From Terriglobia bacterium (GTDB taxonomy: Bacteria; Acidobacteriota; Terriglobia; JAJPHL01; JAPKYU01), in assembly GCA_965206645.1 (NCBI GenBank), contig CBDBKE010000004.1, positions 1,728,001-1,792,000 of the forward strand: 64,000 bases of DNA, given 5' to 3'. Of this stretch, positions 28,085-37,145 are shown one piece after another. Each line of letters begins with the position of its first letter. The first letter of the stretch is position 1. Below the pieces are notes generated by a model. It did no database searches, was not told where the DNA came from, and saw only the letters and a program-made list of their open reading frames with translations. A program made the position numbers and the translations under genes.

Positions 28085-29587
28085 CTAGTCTGTATCCGCA
28101 AGCACTGCTTTGCTATGGGTGGGCACCTCGGCCGCGGCGGGCTCCTCCTTGGAAACGGCGGCAGGCAGCACCGGCAGCTCCACCGACAGGCGCGTGCCTC
28201 TGCCAGGACTGCTCTCCAGGCGAAAGGTTCCTCCCAATCCGGAGGCCCGCTCACGAATTCCCACCAGGCCCAAGCCGCGCCGCGGATTGGCCGTCTCCAA
28301 CCGCCGCGGATCAAAACCCCTTCCGTTGTCTTCGACCGTGATCAGCAGCGTGTAGGGCAGTCGTTGCAGGTAGAGGCGGCAAAGCGAGGCCTGCGCATGT
28401 CGGGCCACGTTGGTCAGCGCTTCCTGTACGATGCGATACCCGCACACCTCGACTTCCGGCGCCAGCCTTTCCTCCATCCTCTGGTGGATGAGCTCCCCCC
28501 GGATGCCAGTCCGCTTGGAGAAGCCGCGCAGATACCAATTTAGAGTGTCGGGCAAGCCCAGGTCGTCCAGCATGTTGGGATGCAACAGCTGGGAGAGATC
28601 CCGCACCGACTGCAACGCCCGGTCGGCAATCGCCCGCGCTTCCGACAGCGGCATCCGGGTCTTGCCGGAAACGTCCAAATGGCGCTCGGCCAATGCCAAT
28701 TCCATCTTGATGGCGGTCAGCGCCTGGCCGATTTCATCGTGTAACTCGCGGGCGATGTTCCGCCGCTCCTCCTCCTGGGCGCGCACCAGTTGGGCGGAAA
28801 GCCGTTGCAACTCCCGTTTGTTTTCGATGTCCTGCAGATGCTGCTGAAGAATCCGGCCCTCCAGTCTCCCGGCGTAGCGAGTCACCAGGAAGGCAATGCC
28901 CAGGCCCAGCAGCAGTGCCAGGCCGCTCGTCCACCACATCTTGTGCTGGATCTCGCGGTAGACGAGGGCCAGTTCCTGCTGTTGTCGCTGCAAGGCATCA
29001 CGATTTAAAGCCCGAATGCGCGCGGAAATGCTGATGATGATGTCGCGCTTGGGAATCACCTCGCGACGCAGGAAGGTGCGCGCTTCGAAGAATTTGCGCG
29101 TCGGGTCCCAGGAGAGTACAGGCAAGACCACATTCCAATAGTCCTCGATCTCGCTCTGCAGTACGGCCCAGTTTTCTCGCTCGAACGGCAATTCCATCAC
29201 CGGCACATATTCTTGAAGCGCCTGATCGATCTCTGTGCGGGTTGCCTGCAACCGTTCCCGATAGTAATTCGCTTCCTCAAAACCAATATCCAGCAGAGCG
29301 TCGCGCACATAGACGGCTCCCAGCAGCACCTGGGCCCGCACCGTGAACAGCAACTCCTCGCTCTTGGTAAAGCGCGCGTTGATCGCGGATGCCCGGCTTT
29401 CGACTTCCGCGAGGCGCCGCACCAAGTCGAAACCGGAGATCAGCCAAAGGCCGAAGATCAACCCGAAGCCCAGGAACAGCGCTGCCCGGATGGTCAGTGG
29501 CTCAAGAGTGTGCCTGAGAAAGGCGCGACGGTCGCGCAGCCACCTGCCGGTCCTGTCTGCCAGACCCTCACCGGGAAGCCGTCGCAT
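28085..29587 (-). CDS. HisKA_3 sensor histidine kinase with periplasmic helical domain
   Basis: Two TM helices, EEERRNIARELHDEIGQ, EALTNVARHA, DNGRGF, GLGL. Confidence 0.93.
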   Translation of the reverse strand: MRRLPGEGLADRTGRWLRDRRAFLRHTLEPLTIRAALFLGFGLIFGLWLISGFDLVRRLAEVESRASAINARFTKSEELLFTVRAQVLLGAVYVRDALLDIGFEEANYYRERLQATRTEIDQALQEYVPVMELPFERENWAVLQSEIEDYWNVVLPVLSWDPTRKFFEARTFLRREVIPKRDIIISISARIRALNRDALQRQQQELALVYREIQHKMWWTSGLALLLGLGIAFLVTRYAGRLEGRILQQHLQDIENKRELQRLSAQLVRAQEEERRNIARELHDEIGQALTAIKMELALAERHLDVSGKTRMPLSEARAIADRALQSVRDLSQLLHPNMLDDLGLPDTLNWYLRGFSKRTGIRGELIHQRMEERLAPEVEVCGYRIVQEALTNVARHAQASLCRLYLQRLPYTLLITVEDNGRGFDPRRLETANPRRGLGLVGIRERASGLGGTFRLESSPGRGTRLSVELPVLPAAVSKEEPAAAEVPTHSKAVLADTD

Positions 29588-29792
29588 GTCGCTATCTTAA
29601 CGCCGACGCTGGCTCTGGTCAAAAGGTCTCCTGCACCGGGCTCGGGGAGGAGCTGGCCGCGAAGGCTACCGACACGTTTACATACATATACATACTTTTG
29701 GGCGGTCAAATACTGTCCGGACCCGATACCCCCCAATCTTCAGCTTTCTTAGACTGGTGGGAGTAAGCAGCTGGAGCAACAAGGAGCCTGCC

Positions 29793-31031
29793 ATGGCTGA
29801 TTTCTATCAGACCGGCGTCGTCGCCACACTGCACCGACTAGGTCCAGGAAACCTGGAAAGAATGGAAAGCGAGCTGGAGCGTTTCGGCCGGCGTCACCGG
29901 ATTTCGTTGGTCCTGCCCTGCCTGTTCTCGGAGTTCTCCGGCCCGGCCATGGGGAAGATTCTTGAAGAACTCCGGACGGTCCGTTACCTGGACCAGATCG
30001 TGGTCACACTGGGCAGAACCGCCGCTGAAGAGCTAGCGCAGGCCAAGCAGTTCTTCGCCGGCTTTTCCCAAACGGTGAAGTTCGTTTGGAACGACGGCCC
30101 GCGCGTCCAGGCCCTCTACCAGTTGTTGCGGGACAATGGACTCCCGGTGGGGGAGGACGGCAAGGGCCGCTCCTGCTGGATGGCCTATGGGTACGTGCTG
30201 AGCGATCGTCCCAGCGAGGTCATTGCTCTGCACGACTGTGACATCACCACCTACAGCCGGGAATTGCTGGCCCGACTGTGCTATCCGGTGGTCAACCCCA
30301 ACCTGGACTTTGAGTTTTCCAAGGGCTTCTACGCGCGCGTCAGCACCAAAATGCACGGCCGGGTCACCCGGTTGTATGTGACACCCCTGGTCCGCTCCCT
30401 GCAGGCGATCTTCGGACGTCTCCCCTTCCTGGCATACCTGGACAGCTTTCGCTATCCGTTGGCCGGCGAATTTGCCATGAAGACCGATCTGGCGCGCGTC
30501 AACCGCATCCCCGGCGATTGGGGACTGGAAGTTGGAGTCCTGGCCGAAGTCTATCGGAACTGTGCGCTCAAACGCGTCTGCCAGACCGAATTGTGCGAAA
30601 ACTATGACCACAAGCACCAAAGCCTCTCAGCCGAAGACCCCCAACAGGGTCTGCTGAGGATGTCCATTGACATCGGAAAGATTCTGCTCCGCACCCTGGC
30701 TGGGGAAGGCGTGCTCTTCAGTGAAGGAGGCTTCCGCACTCTCCAGGTCCATTACATCCGCACCGCCCAAGACACCATAACCCGCTACTATGCCGACGCG
30801 GCAATCAATAGCTTATCGTTCGACCGGCACGAGGAAGAGAACGCCGTGGCCACCTTTTCCCGGGGCTTGAGGATCGCTGGCCAGCAATACCTGGAAGACC
30901 CCACCGGCGCGCCCCTCATCCCCAACTGGAATCGCATTACGTCGGCGATCCCGGACTTTCTGGACATGCTGCACGAGGCGGTGGAGCAGGACAGTGCAAT
31001 TGCCACCTACGCGGGAGGCATCAGCCGATGA
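29793..31031 (+). CDS. gpgS: Glucosyl-3-phosphoglycerate synthase-type glycosyltransferase
   Basis: MADFYQTG...TLH, GKGRSCW, HDCDI, FRYPLAGEF, DWGLEVG, YDHKHQ. Paired with an MpgP-type phosphatase. AAGGAG RBS. Confidence 0.8.
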   Translation: MADFYQTGVVATLHRLGPGNLERMESELERFGRRHRISLVLPCLFSEFSGPAMGKILEELRTVRYLDQIVVTLGRTAAEELAQAKQFFAGFSQTVKFVWNDGPRVQALYQLLRDNGLPVGEDGKGRSCWMAYGYVLSDRPSEVIALHDCDITTYSRELLARLCYPVVNPNLDFEFSKGFYARVSTKMHGRVTRLYVTPLVRSLQAIFGRLPFLAYLDSFRYPLAGEFAMKTDLARVNRIPGDWGLEVGVLAEVYRNCALKRVCQTELCENYDHKHQSLSAEDPQQGLLRMSIDIGKILLRTLAGEGVLFSEGGFRTLQVHYIRTAQDTITRYYADAAINSLSFDRHEEENAVATFSRGLRIAGQQYLEDPTGAPLIPNWNRITSAIPDFLDMLHEAVEQDSAIATYAGGISR

Positions 31032-31897
31032 ACTCGCCGATGAACCCACCGATGAACAATGCGAAGCGCCTGGTGGTCTTCACCGACCTGGACGGCACCT
31101 TGCTGGACCACGAGTCGTACTCCTTTACCCCCGCCGCCGAAGCGCTGGCCTTACTGGCTACGGAAGGGATTCCCCTGGTGTTATGTTCCAGCAAGACCCG
31201 CGCTGAGATTGAAATGCTGCAACAAGACCTGGAGGTCGCCCATCCCTTTCTCAGCGAGAACGGTGGGGCGCTCTTTTTGCCTAGGAGGTACTTTCCTTTC
31301 CCAATTAGCGACGGGCGTTCCATCGCTGGGTATGACGCGCTGGAATTCGGCCTGCCCTACTACCGACTGGTGGAAACCCTGCACCGGGTTGCCAACGAAT
31401 TGGACATCCCGGTAGTGGGCTTCAGCGATATGACGATTGAAGAAGTAGCCAAGGAATGCAAGCTTTCCCTGATGGTAGCTCGGCTGGCCAAGCTGCGCGA
31501 ATATGACGAGCCGTTCCGCATCCTGGACTCCGGCCTGCCAGCCCGCAGCCGGCTGTTCAAGGCCCTGCACCGCGCCGGCCTGCGCTGTACCCGGGGAGGG
31601 CGCTATAACCACCTGACAGGCGTCACCGACAAGGGCCTCGGCGTTCGGACCTTGAAGTCGCTCTACGAACGGGCCTGGGGCAAGGTTGTCGCCGTGGGGC
31701 TGGGCGACAGCCTCAATGACTTCTCCCTTCTTCAGGAGGCTGAGATTCCCGTTGTGGTACAGAACCCCGCTAGCGACGCTGCTGCCCGGTTGCTTCGCAA
31801 GGTCCCCACAGCGCGCCTCACCAGCGCGCCCGGTCCTCAGGGTTGGAACGACGCCATCCTGGAAGTGGTCAAGCGGCACCTCGTGCTGGCCAGATGA
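31028..31897 (+). CDS. mpgP: Glucosyl/mannosyl-3-phosphoglycerate phosphatase (HAD-IIB)
   Basis: FTDLDGTLLD, SSKTRAE, ENG, REYDEPF, GGRY, LGDSLND. Confidence 0.88.
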   Translation: MNSPMNPPMNNAKRLVVFTDLDGTLLDHESYSFTPAAEALALLATEGIPLVLCSSKTRAEIEMLQQDLEVAHPFLSENGGALFLPRRYFPFPISDGRSIAGYDALEFGLPYYRLVETLHRVANELDIPVVGFSDMTIEEVAKECKLSLMVARLAKLREYDEPFRILDSGLPARSRLFKALHRAGLRCTRGGRYNHLTGVTDKGLGVRTLKSLYERAWGKVVAVGLGDSLNDFSLLQEAEIPVVVQNPASDAAARLLRKVPTARLTSAPGPQGWNDAILEVVKRHLVLAR

Positions 31898-32210
31898 ACC
31901 CCCCGCGGCACAGCCGCCAGACTGCCCATCATCAGAAGAGGTCGCTTAGTCGGCTCCCAGGGAAGCCCCAGTAAAGCATGGACGCGGCCAGTTGGGTCTT
32001 GCTGCCGTTCCCATTCTCTGCTCTCAGACCCCTGGCAAGCCGGCCAGAGCCTCATCTGATGGTGGAAAAAAGGGAACTATGAACGCCGGAGCAATAATAG
32101 ACCAGGGAGCGCCGCGTAAGCGGCGGTTTCTGGCGGTGCAAAATTAGACCAGCGCAGTTCGATTCCATCAAACATTGTGATTCTGATGTGTTTTGTGAAA
32201 CACCGGAGGT

Positions 32211-33698
32211 GTGCACACAGTGGAACTCTATGCGCGTGTTCGACGAGCAGTTCAGGTTGAGGGGATCAGTGAACGGGAGGCGGCGCGGCAGTTCGGGCTA
32301 GCCCGCGAGACGGTCCGCAAGATGCTGCGGTACTCGATCCCTCCGGGCTATCGGCGGCAGCAGCCGGCGCGGCGGCCGAAGCTGGATGCCTGGGTGGGGA
32401 TCATCGACCAGATCCTGGAGCAAGATAAGGCCCAGAGCAAGAAGCAACGCCACACGGCCAAGCGGGTTTTTGAGCGGCTGCGGGAGGAGCACGGATTCCC
32501 GGGCGGATACACCATCGTGAAGGACTACGTGCGGCTGCGGAAGCTGAGCCAGCGGGAGATGTTCGTGCCGCTGGAGCATCCACCGGGGGAGGCCCAGGCC
32601 GCGCAAGTGGTGATCGGCGGGGTGGAGCGCAAGGCGCACTATTTCGTGATGGAGCTGCCGCAATCGGACGACTGCTTCGTGATGGCGTTTCCGGCTGAGA
32701 CGACCGAAGCGTTCTTAGAAGGGCACAACCAGGCGTTCGGCTACTTCGGCGGAGTGCCTCGCACGATCCTGTACGACAACACCAAGCTGGCGGTGAGGCA
32801 GATCCTGGGTGACGGAACACGGAACAAGACGCGGGCGTTCTCCGAACTGCAGAGTCACTACCTGTTTGCGGAGAAGTTCGGACGACCGGGCAAGGGCAAT
32901 GACAAAGGGAAAGTGGAAGGACTAGTGGGTTACGTGCGGCGGAACTTCCTGGTGCCGGTGCCGCGGTGTGCCAGCTGGGAGGAGTTGCACGCGAAGCTGC
33001 GGGAACAGTGCACCCGGCGGCGAGAGCGGCGTCTGCGAGGACATCAAGAGACGATCGGCGAGCGGTTCGCGAAGGATCAACAGAGGCTGCTGCCCCTGCC
33101 GGCGACGCCCTATGAGGCCTGCGACAAACGGACCACACGGGTGACGTCACTGTCGCTGGTGCGGTATCGATCCAACGACTATTCGGTGCCGGTGGCTTGG
33201 GGGCACCGGGAGGTGCTGGTGAAGGGATTCGTCGAGGAAGTGGTGATCTGTGCAGCGAGCGAAGTGATCGCACGCCATGTCCGGAGCTAGGAACGGGAAG
33301 AGATGATCTTCGATCCGTTGCACTATCTGGCGCTGCTGGAGCAGAAGCCGAACGCGTTGAACCAGGCCGCCCCCCTGGCCGGCTGGGAGTTGCCGGAAGG
33401 CTTCGCGCAACTGCGGCGGCTGATGGAGGCGCGGTTAGGCAAGAAGGGCAAGCGGGAGTATGTGCAGGTCCTGCGACGGCTGGAGACGTTCCGTTGGACG
33501 GAAGTGTCGCTGGCCGTCGAGGACGCCTTGCGGCTGGGGGCGATCTGGTCTGACGCGGTCAAGCATCTGCTGCTGGGCCGGATCGAGCAGCGGCCGGCGC
33601 GGCTGGACCTGGAGCACTATCCGCACCTGCCGGCGACGCAGGTGGCCACCACAGCCGCCGCCGACTATCTGACCCTGCTCCGGGAAGGAGTCTGCTGA
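32211..33698 (+). pseudogene. istA: IS21 transposase with in-frame TAG (33288-33290)
   Basis: HTAKRVFERL, YDN, KGKVE, YSVP. ARHVRS*EREEMIFDPLHYL continues in the same frame. Confidence 0.9.
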
Positions 33699-34462
33699 TG
33701 GACACGCCCCAGGTGTTGCTGGAACACCATCTGAAGGCCCTGCGATTACCCACCTTTTTGCGTGAGTACGACAAGGTGGCGCAGCAGTGCGCTGCCGAGG
33801 GCGTGGACTTCCCGCGCTACCTGCTGCGGTTGACGGAGCTGGAGCTGCTGGACCGGGAACGGCGCGCCACCGAGCGGCGCATTCACCAAGCCAGGTTCGA
33901 CGTGGTGAAGAGCCTCGACAGTTTCGATTTCCTGGCCCTTCCGTCGCTGAATAAGGCCTTGGTGCTCGAGCTGGCCCGAGGCGAGTTCATCGAACGCAAG
34001 GAGAACATCCTGGCTTTAGGGAACTCGGGCACGGGAAAAACCCACATTGCGTTGGCGCTGGGACTGGCCGCCTGTCAGAAAGGGTTCCGGGTCCGGTTCA
34101 CTACGGCGGCCTCCCTGGCGCATGAGCTGATCGAGGCCAAGGACGAGCGGCGCCTGATGCGGTTCCAGAAGATGCTCTCCAGTTTCGAGCTGTTGATCAT
34201 TGACGAGCTGGGTTTCGTGCCGCTATCCAAGACTGGGGCGGAGTTGCTGTTTGAGGTCTTCAGCCGGCGCTACGAACGCAGCGCCACCGTGGTGACCAGC
34301 AACCTGCCGTTCAACGAATGGACGGAGGCCTTCGGATCGGAGCGGCTGACCGGAGCCCTGCTGGATCGTCTCACCCACCATGTCCACATCCTGGAGATAA
34401 ACGGGGAAAGTTGCCGGCTCAAGGACAGCAAACGAAGGCGTTCCGGAAAGCCTCGCGCCTGA
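33698..34462 (+). CDS. istB: IS21 helper ATPase
   Basis: GNSGTGKTH, LIIDELG, TSNLPF, LLDRLTHH. Confidence 0.95.
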   Translation: MDTPQVLLEHHLKALRLPTFLREYDKVAQQCAAEGVDFPRYLLRLTELELLDRERRATERRIHQARFDVVKSLDSFDFLALPSLNKALVLELARGEFIERKENILALGNSGTGKTHIALALGLAACQKGFRVRFTTAASLAHELIEAKDERRLMRFQKMLSSFELLIIDELGFVPLSKTGAELLFEVFSRRYERSATVVTSNLPFNEWTEAFGSERLTGALLDRLTHHVHILEINGESCRLKDSKRRRSGKPRA

Positions 34463-34766
34463 TCTCACCCAATACTGGGCGACGAGTTGCGAGGGCGGCT
34501 TCCACTCCGGCCTAACCGCGCCGCCCTGCGGGCGTCGCAGGCCTCCGCTCCAACCGCCCCCGCAACTCCCTCTCAAATCAAAGCTTCCACCACCCCTGAA
34601 CTGGTCTGCTTTCTCTCCGCCGGAGTGGTCTAGTTTTACTCCGCCCTTGACAGGGAATAGCTAACCGTGAAACGAACCGTCACCGGCAACTCGTTTTGAG
34701 GTATTCTCCCGGCGATACCAGCGCCTCGAAGCCTGTCCTGGGCAACTGGGCATCTCTGGAGGAGCC

Positions 34767-35276
34767 ATGAAGGCGAAACTCACTCTGGTCGTAGTCGTGC
34801 TGCTTGTTGTCGCCTACATCGTAAGGTACTGGCCCGAACACCAGCGCCTGGTGGCGGCGAACGGTGAATTGCAGTTGGTCAGAGGGCAGCTGAACGAGGC
34901 GGAGGCGCACGTCCGAATCTGCAAACTTCAAAACCGCCTGCTTCACTTGATTGAGAAAACCGTCGCGCAAGACTACGGAGAAGCGCAAGAACTTTCCACT
35001 CAGTTCTTCGACCAGGTACGTCTGGAAATGCCGCGGAATACCCAGCCGCAGCTGCAGTCCGCTCTAGGGTCGGTCCTACGGATGCGCGATTCCGTGACGG
35101 TGGGCCTGACCAAGGGAGACCCCGCTACGCTCGATTTGCTGCAGCAGATGATGAGACAGTTCCGCCAGGCTGTCGCCCCGGAGACGCCAGGCGATGCGGC
35201 GCGTGTGGAAACACCAGCGCCTCCAGCTCCGGCTCCGGAAACCCCTGCACCAGCCGCAGATCAAACGCAGCCCTAG
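34767..35276 (+). CDS. Hypothetical membrane-anchored helical protein with Pro-rich tail
   Basis: GGAGGAG RBS, N-terminal TM, coiled-coil-like body, ETPAPPAPAPETPAP tail. Confidence 0.75.
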   Translation: MKAKLTLVVVVLLVVAYIVRYWPEHQRLVAANGELQLVRGQLNEAEAHVRICKLQNRLLHLIEKTVAQDYGEAQELSTQFFDQVRLEMPRNTQPQLQSALGSVLRMRDSVTVGLTKGDPATLDLLQQMMRQFRQAVAPETPGDAARVETPAPPAPAPETPAPAADQTQP

Positions 35277-35388
35277 AGGCGTCCCCGCCATTGCGCAGCA
35301 ACGCCAAGCGGACGGCAAAGGTGGCAACGTTGATGGAGTCCAACGCTCGGCGCTCTTTGAGCCATTCGTGGTGGCAGACCGACCCCGT

Positions 35389-35417
35389 TTGCCGCGTGCA
35401 TCGGCCGAGGTTATACT
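35389..35417 (+). promoter_or_regulatory. Promoter TTGCCG-N17-TATACT
   Basis: -35 at 35389-35394 and -10 at 35412-35417, which favours ATG 35517 over ATG 35418 as the start. Confidence 0.5.
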
Positions 35418-35516
35418 ATGGCTGGAGATGGCAAGGGCCAGACTCCAGTTGAAGTCGAGTCGCACGGCGTCAGTAACGGGTACTCCCCTCGTAACAATGG
35501 GGGACCAAGAAATTTC

Positions 35517-37079
35517 ATGCCACCCACTCCTTGGCCTCGGTCTCTAGCTACTTTGCTGGTGGCCTCGGTTCTTTTGCCTCCTGTAGGACTTGTACTGCTC
35601 TGGTTGCGCTCTGAAACGCGTTTGCGGCGCAAGGTCCTTGGGTCCGCAGTGATTCTGGTGCTCGGGGTCGTGTATCTCCAGGTGTTCTTCAGCCTCCGGA
35701 TGGAACGGGACGGCAGCGGCCTCTACCCGATCTTCTCCTTTCACAAGCGCGACCACTACACGGAACTGGAACGGAGTCGCGCTGAACATCGTGCCGTGAA
35801 TGTTGAAGCTCAGCCAGCACCGGGCAGTCCTGTTCGTGGAACAGCGAGCGGCACAGGAATAGATACGGTCGCCGCGGAAACTGCAACGACGGTTCCCGCG
35901 GGGACCACTTCAGCGTCTGCTCTCGGCTCCTACTGGACAGACTATCGCGGACCGAAACGTGATGGCCGCTACGAGAAGCAAATCCTTACGGATTGGCCGT
36001 CCGGAGGGCTCCCCCTGCTCTGGAAGCAACCGATCGGGGGCGGTTACGCCTCATTTGTCATAGCAGAAGGGAGAGCTTTCACAATCGAGCAACGCCGACG
36101 CCGAGAGATCGTGGCTGCCTATGACATCGAGACCGGCCGCGAGTTGTGGACGCACGCCTGGAACGCAGAGTTCCGTGAGGCCATGGGCGGGGACGGACCG
36201 CGGGCCACCCCGACCTGGCATGAAGGACGCCTCTACGCGCTAGGTGCCATCGGCGAGCTTCGCTGCCTGGAGGCGACATCGGGCAGGCTGATCTGGTCGC
36301 GCAATATCCTGACCGACAACCAAAGCCAGAACCTGACCTGGGGAATGTCCGCCTCGCCACTCGTCGTGGACGAGAAAGTAATTGTGCTTCCCGGTGGCAC
36401 GGGCAAGTCGGTGGTCGCCTACCACAAGCTTACCGGAAAACCCCTCTGGAAGGCGCTCAACGACAAACAGGCCTACACTTCACCGATGCTAGTCACGCTG
36501 GCCGGTCAGAGGCAAATCCTTGTCGTGAGCGCTCGCCGGGCGATGGGCCTGGCGGTGGAAGATGGCTCGTTGCTGTGGGACTACCCGTGGGTCACCAGCT
36601 ATGACATTAATGCCGCCCAGCCCATCGTGCTGGATGAAAAGCGTTTTTTCCTGTCGGCCGGCTACGGGCACGGTGCGACAGTAGTGGAAGTGGCCAGGAC
36701 CGGAAACGGCTTTCGCGCCCGGACCGTTTGGGAAAACAATTCGATGAAGAATAAGTTTAACAGTTCGGTGCTCTATGCAGGCCACATCTTTGGCCTGGAC
36801 GAGGGGATCCTCGCGTGCATCAATGCGGAAACGGGACAGCGCGCGTGGAAGGGGGGACGCTACGGCTACGGCCAGTTGCTGCTAGCTAGCGGCCACCTCA
36901 TTGTCCTCAGTGAACAGGGAGACGTAGCGCTAGTCAAGGCTACTCCCGAGCGACACCTGGAACTGGCCCGCTTTTCAGCCATTAGCGGAAAGACGTGGAA
37001 TAATCCAGCCATGGACGGAGGCCGACTCCTGGTCCGCAACGGCACGGAAATGGCGTGCTTTAGAATCTCGGCGGATTAA
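35517..37079 (+). CDS. Membrane-anchored PQQ-like (BamB-like) beta-propeller protein A
   Basis: Two N-terminal TMs, WTDYRGP, repeated (D/E)xxTGxxxW blades. Confidence 0.85.
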   Translation: MPPTPWPRSLATLLVASVLLPPVGLVLLWLRSETRLRRKVLGSAVILVLGVVYLQVFFSLRMERDGSGLYPIFSFHKRDHYTELERSRAEHRAVNVEAQPAPGSPVRGTASGTGIDTVAAETATTVPAGTTSASALGSYWTDYRGPKRDGRYEKQILTDWPSGGLPLLWKQPIGGGYASFVIAEGRAFTIEQRRRREIVAAYDIETGRELWTHAWNAEFREAMGGDGPRATPTWHEGRLYALGAIGELRCLEATSGRLIWSRNILTDNQSQNLTWGMSASPLVVDEKVIVLPGGTGKSVVAYHKLTGKPLWKALNDKQAYTSPMLVTLAGQRQILVVSARRAMGLAVEDGSLLWDYPWVTSYDINAAQPIVLDEKRFFLSAGYGHGATVVEVARTGNGFRARTVWENNSMKNKFNSSVLYAGHIFGLDEGILACINAETGQRAWKGGRYGYGQLLLASGHLIVLSEQGDVALVKATPERHLELARFSAISGKTWNNPAMDGGRLLVRNGTEMACFRISAD

Positions 37080-37145
37080 ACCCCGCTTCTCCCCAAGCCG
37101 GGATTCGCTCAACAGTCAGCGGATGCCCCCGGAATTGTTCACCCC

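Larger units (their letters stand above)
32078..34652 (+). mobile_element. IS21-family insertion sequence (2575 bp, defective)
   Basis: Left end TATGAACGCCGGAGCAATAATAGACCA matches the right-end reverse complement TGTCAAGGGCGGAGTAAAACTAGACCA. Internal AGACCA repeats at both ends. Flanks GGGAAC/GGGAAT resemble a target duplication. Confidence 0.9.

Noticed and set aside
5497-33290. Genome-wide TAG reassignment or pyrrolysine, suggested by two in-frame TAGs (DUF169 and istA)
   Set aside because: TAG is a normal stop for glpK, Dabb, the HK, the permease and TBDR1. The istA TAG sits in an element with other lesions, and no pyl genes are in the window.
34647-34680. Hybrid promoter from the IS-end TTGACA
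   Set aside because: No credible -10 hexamer at 16-18 bp spacing.
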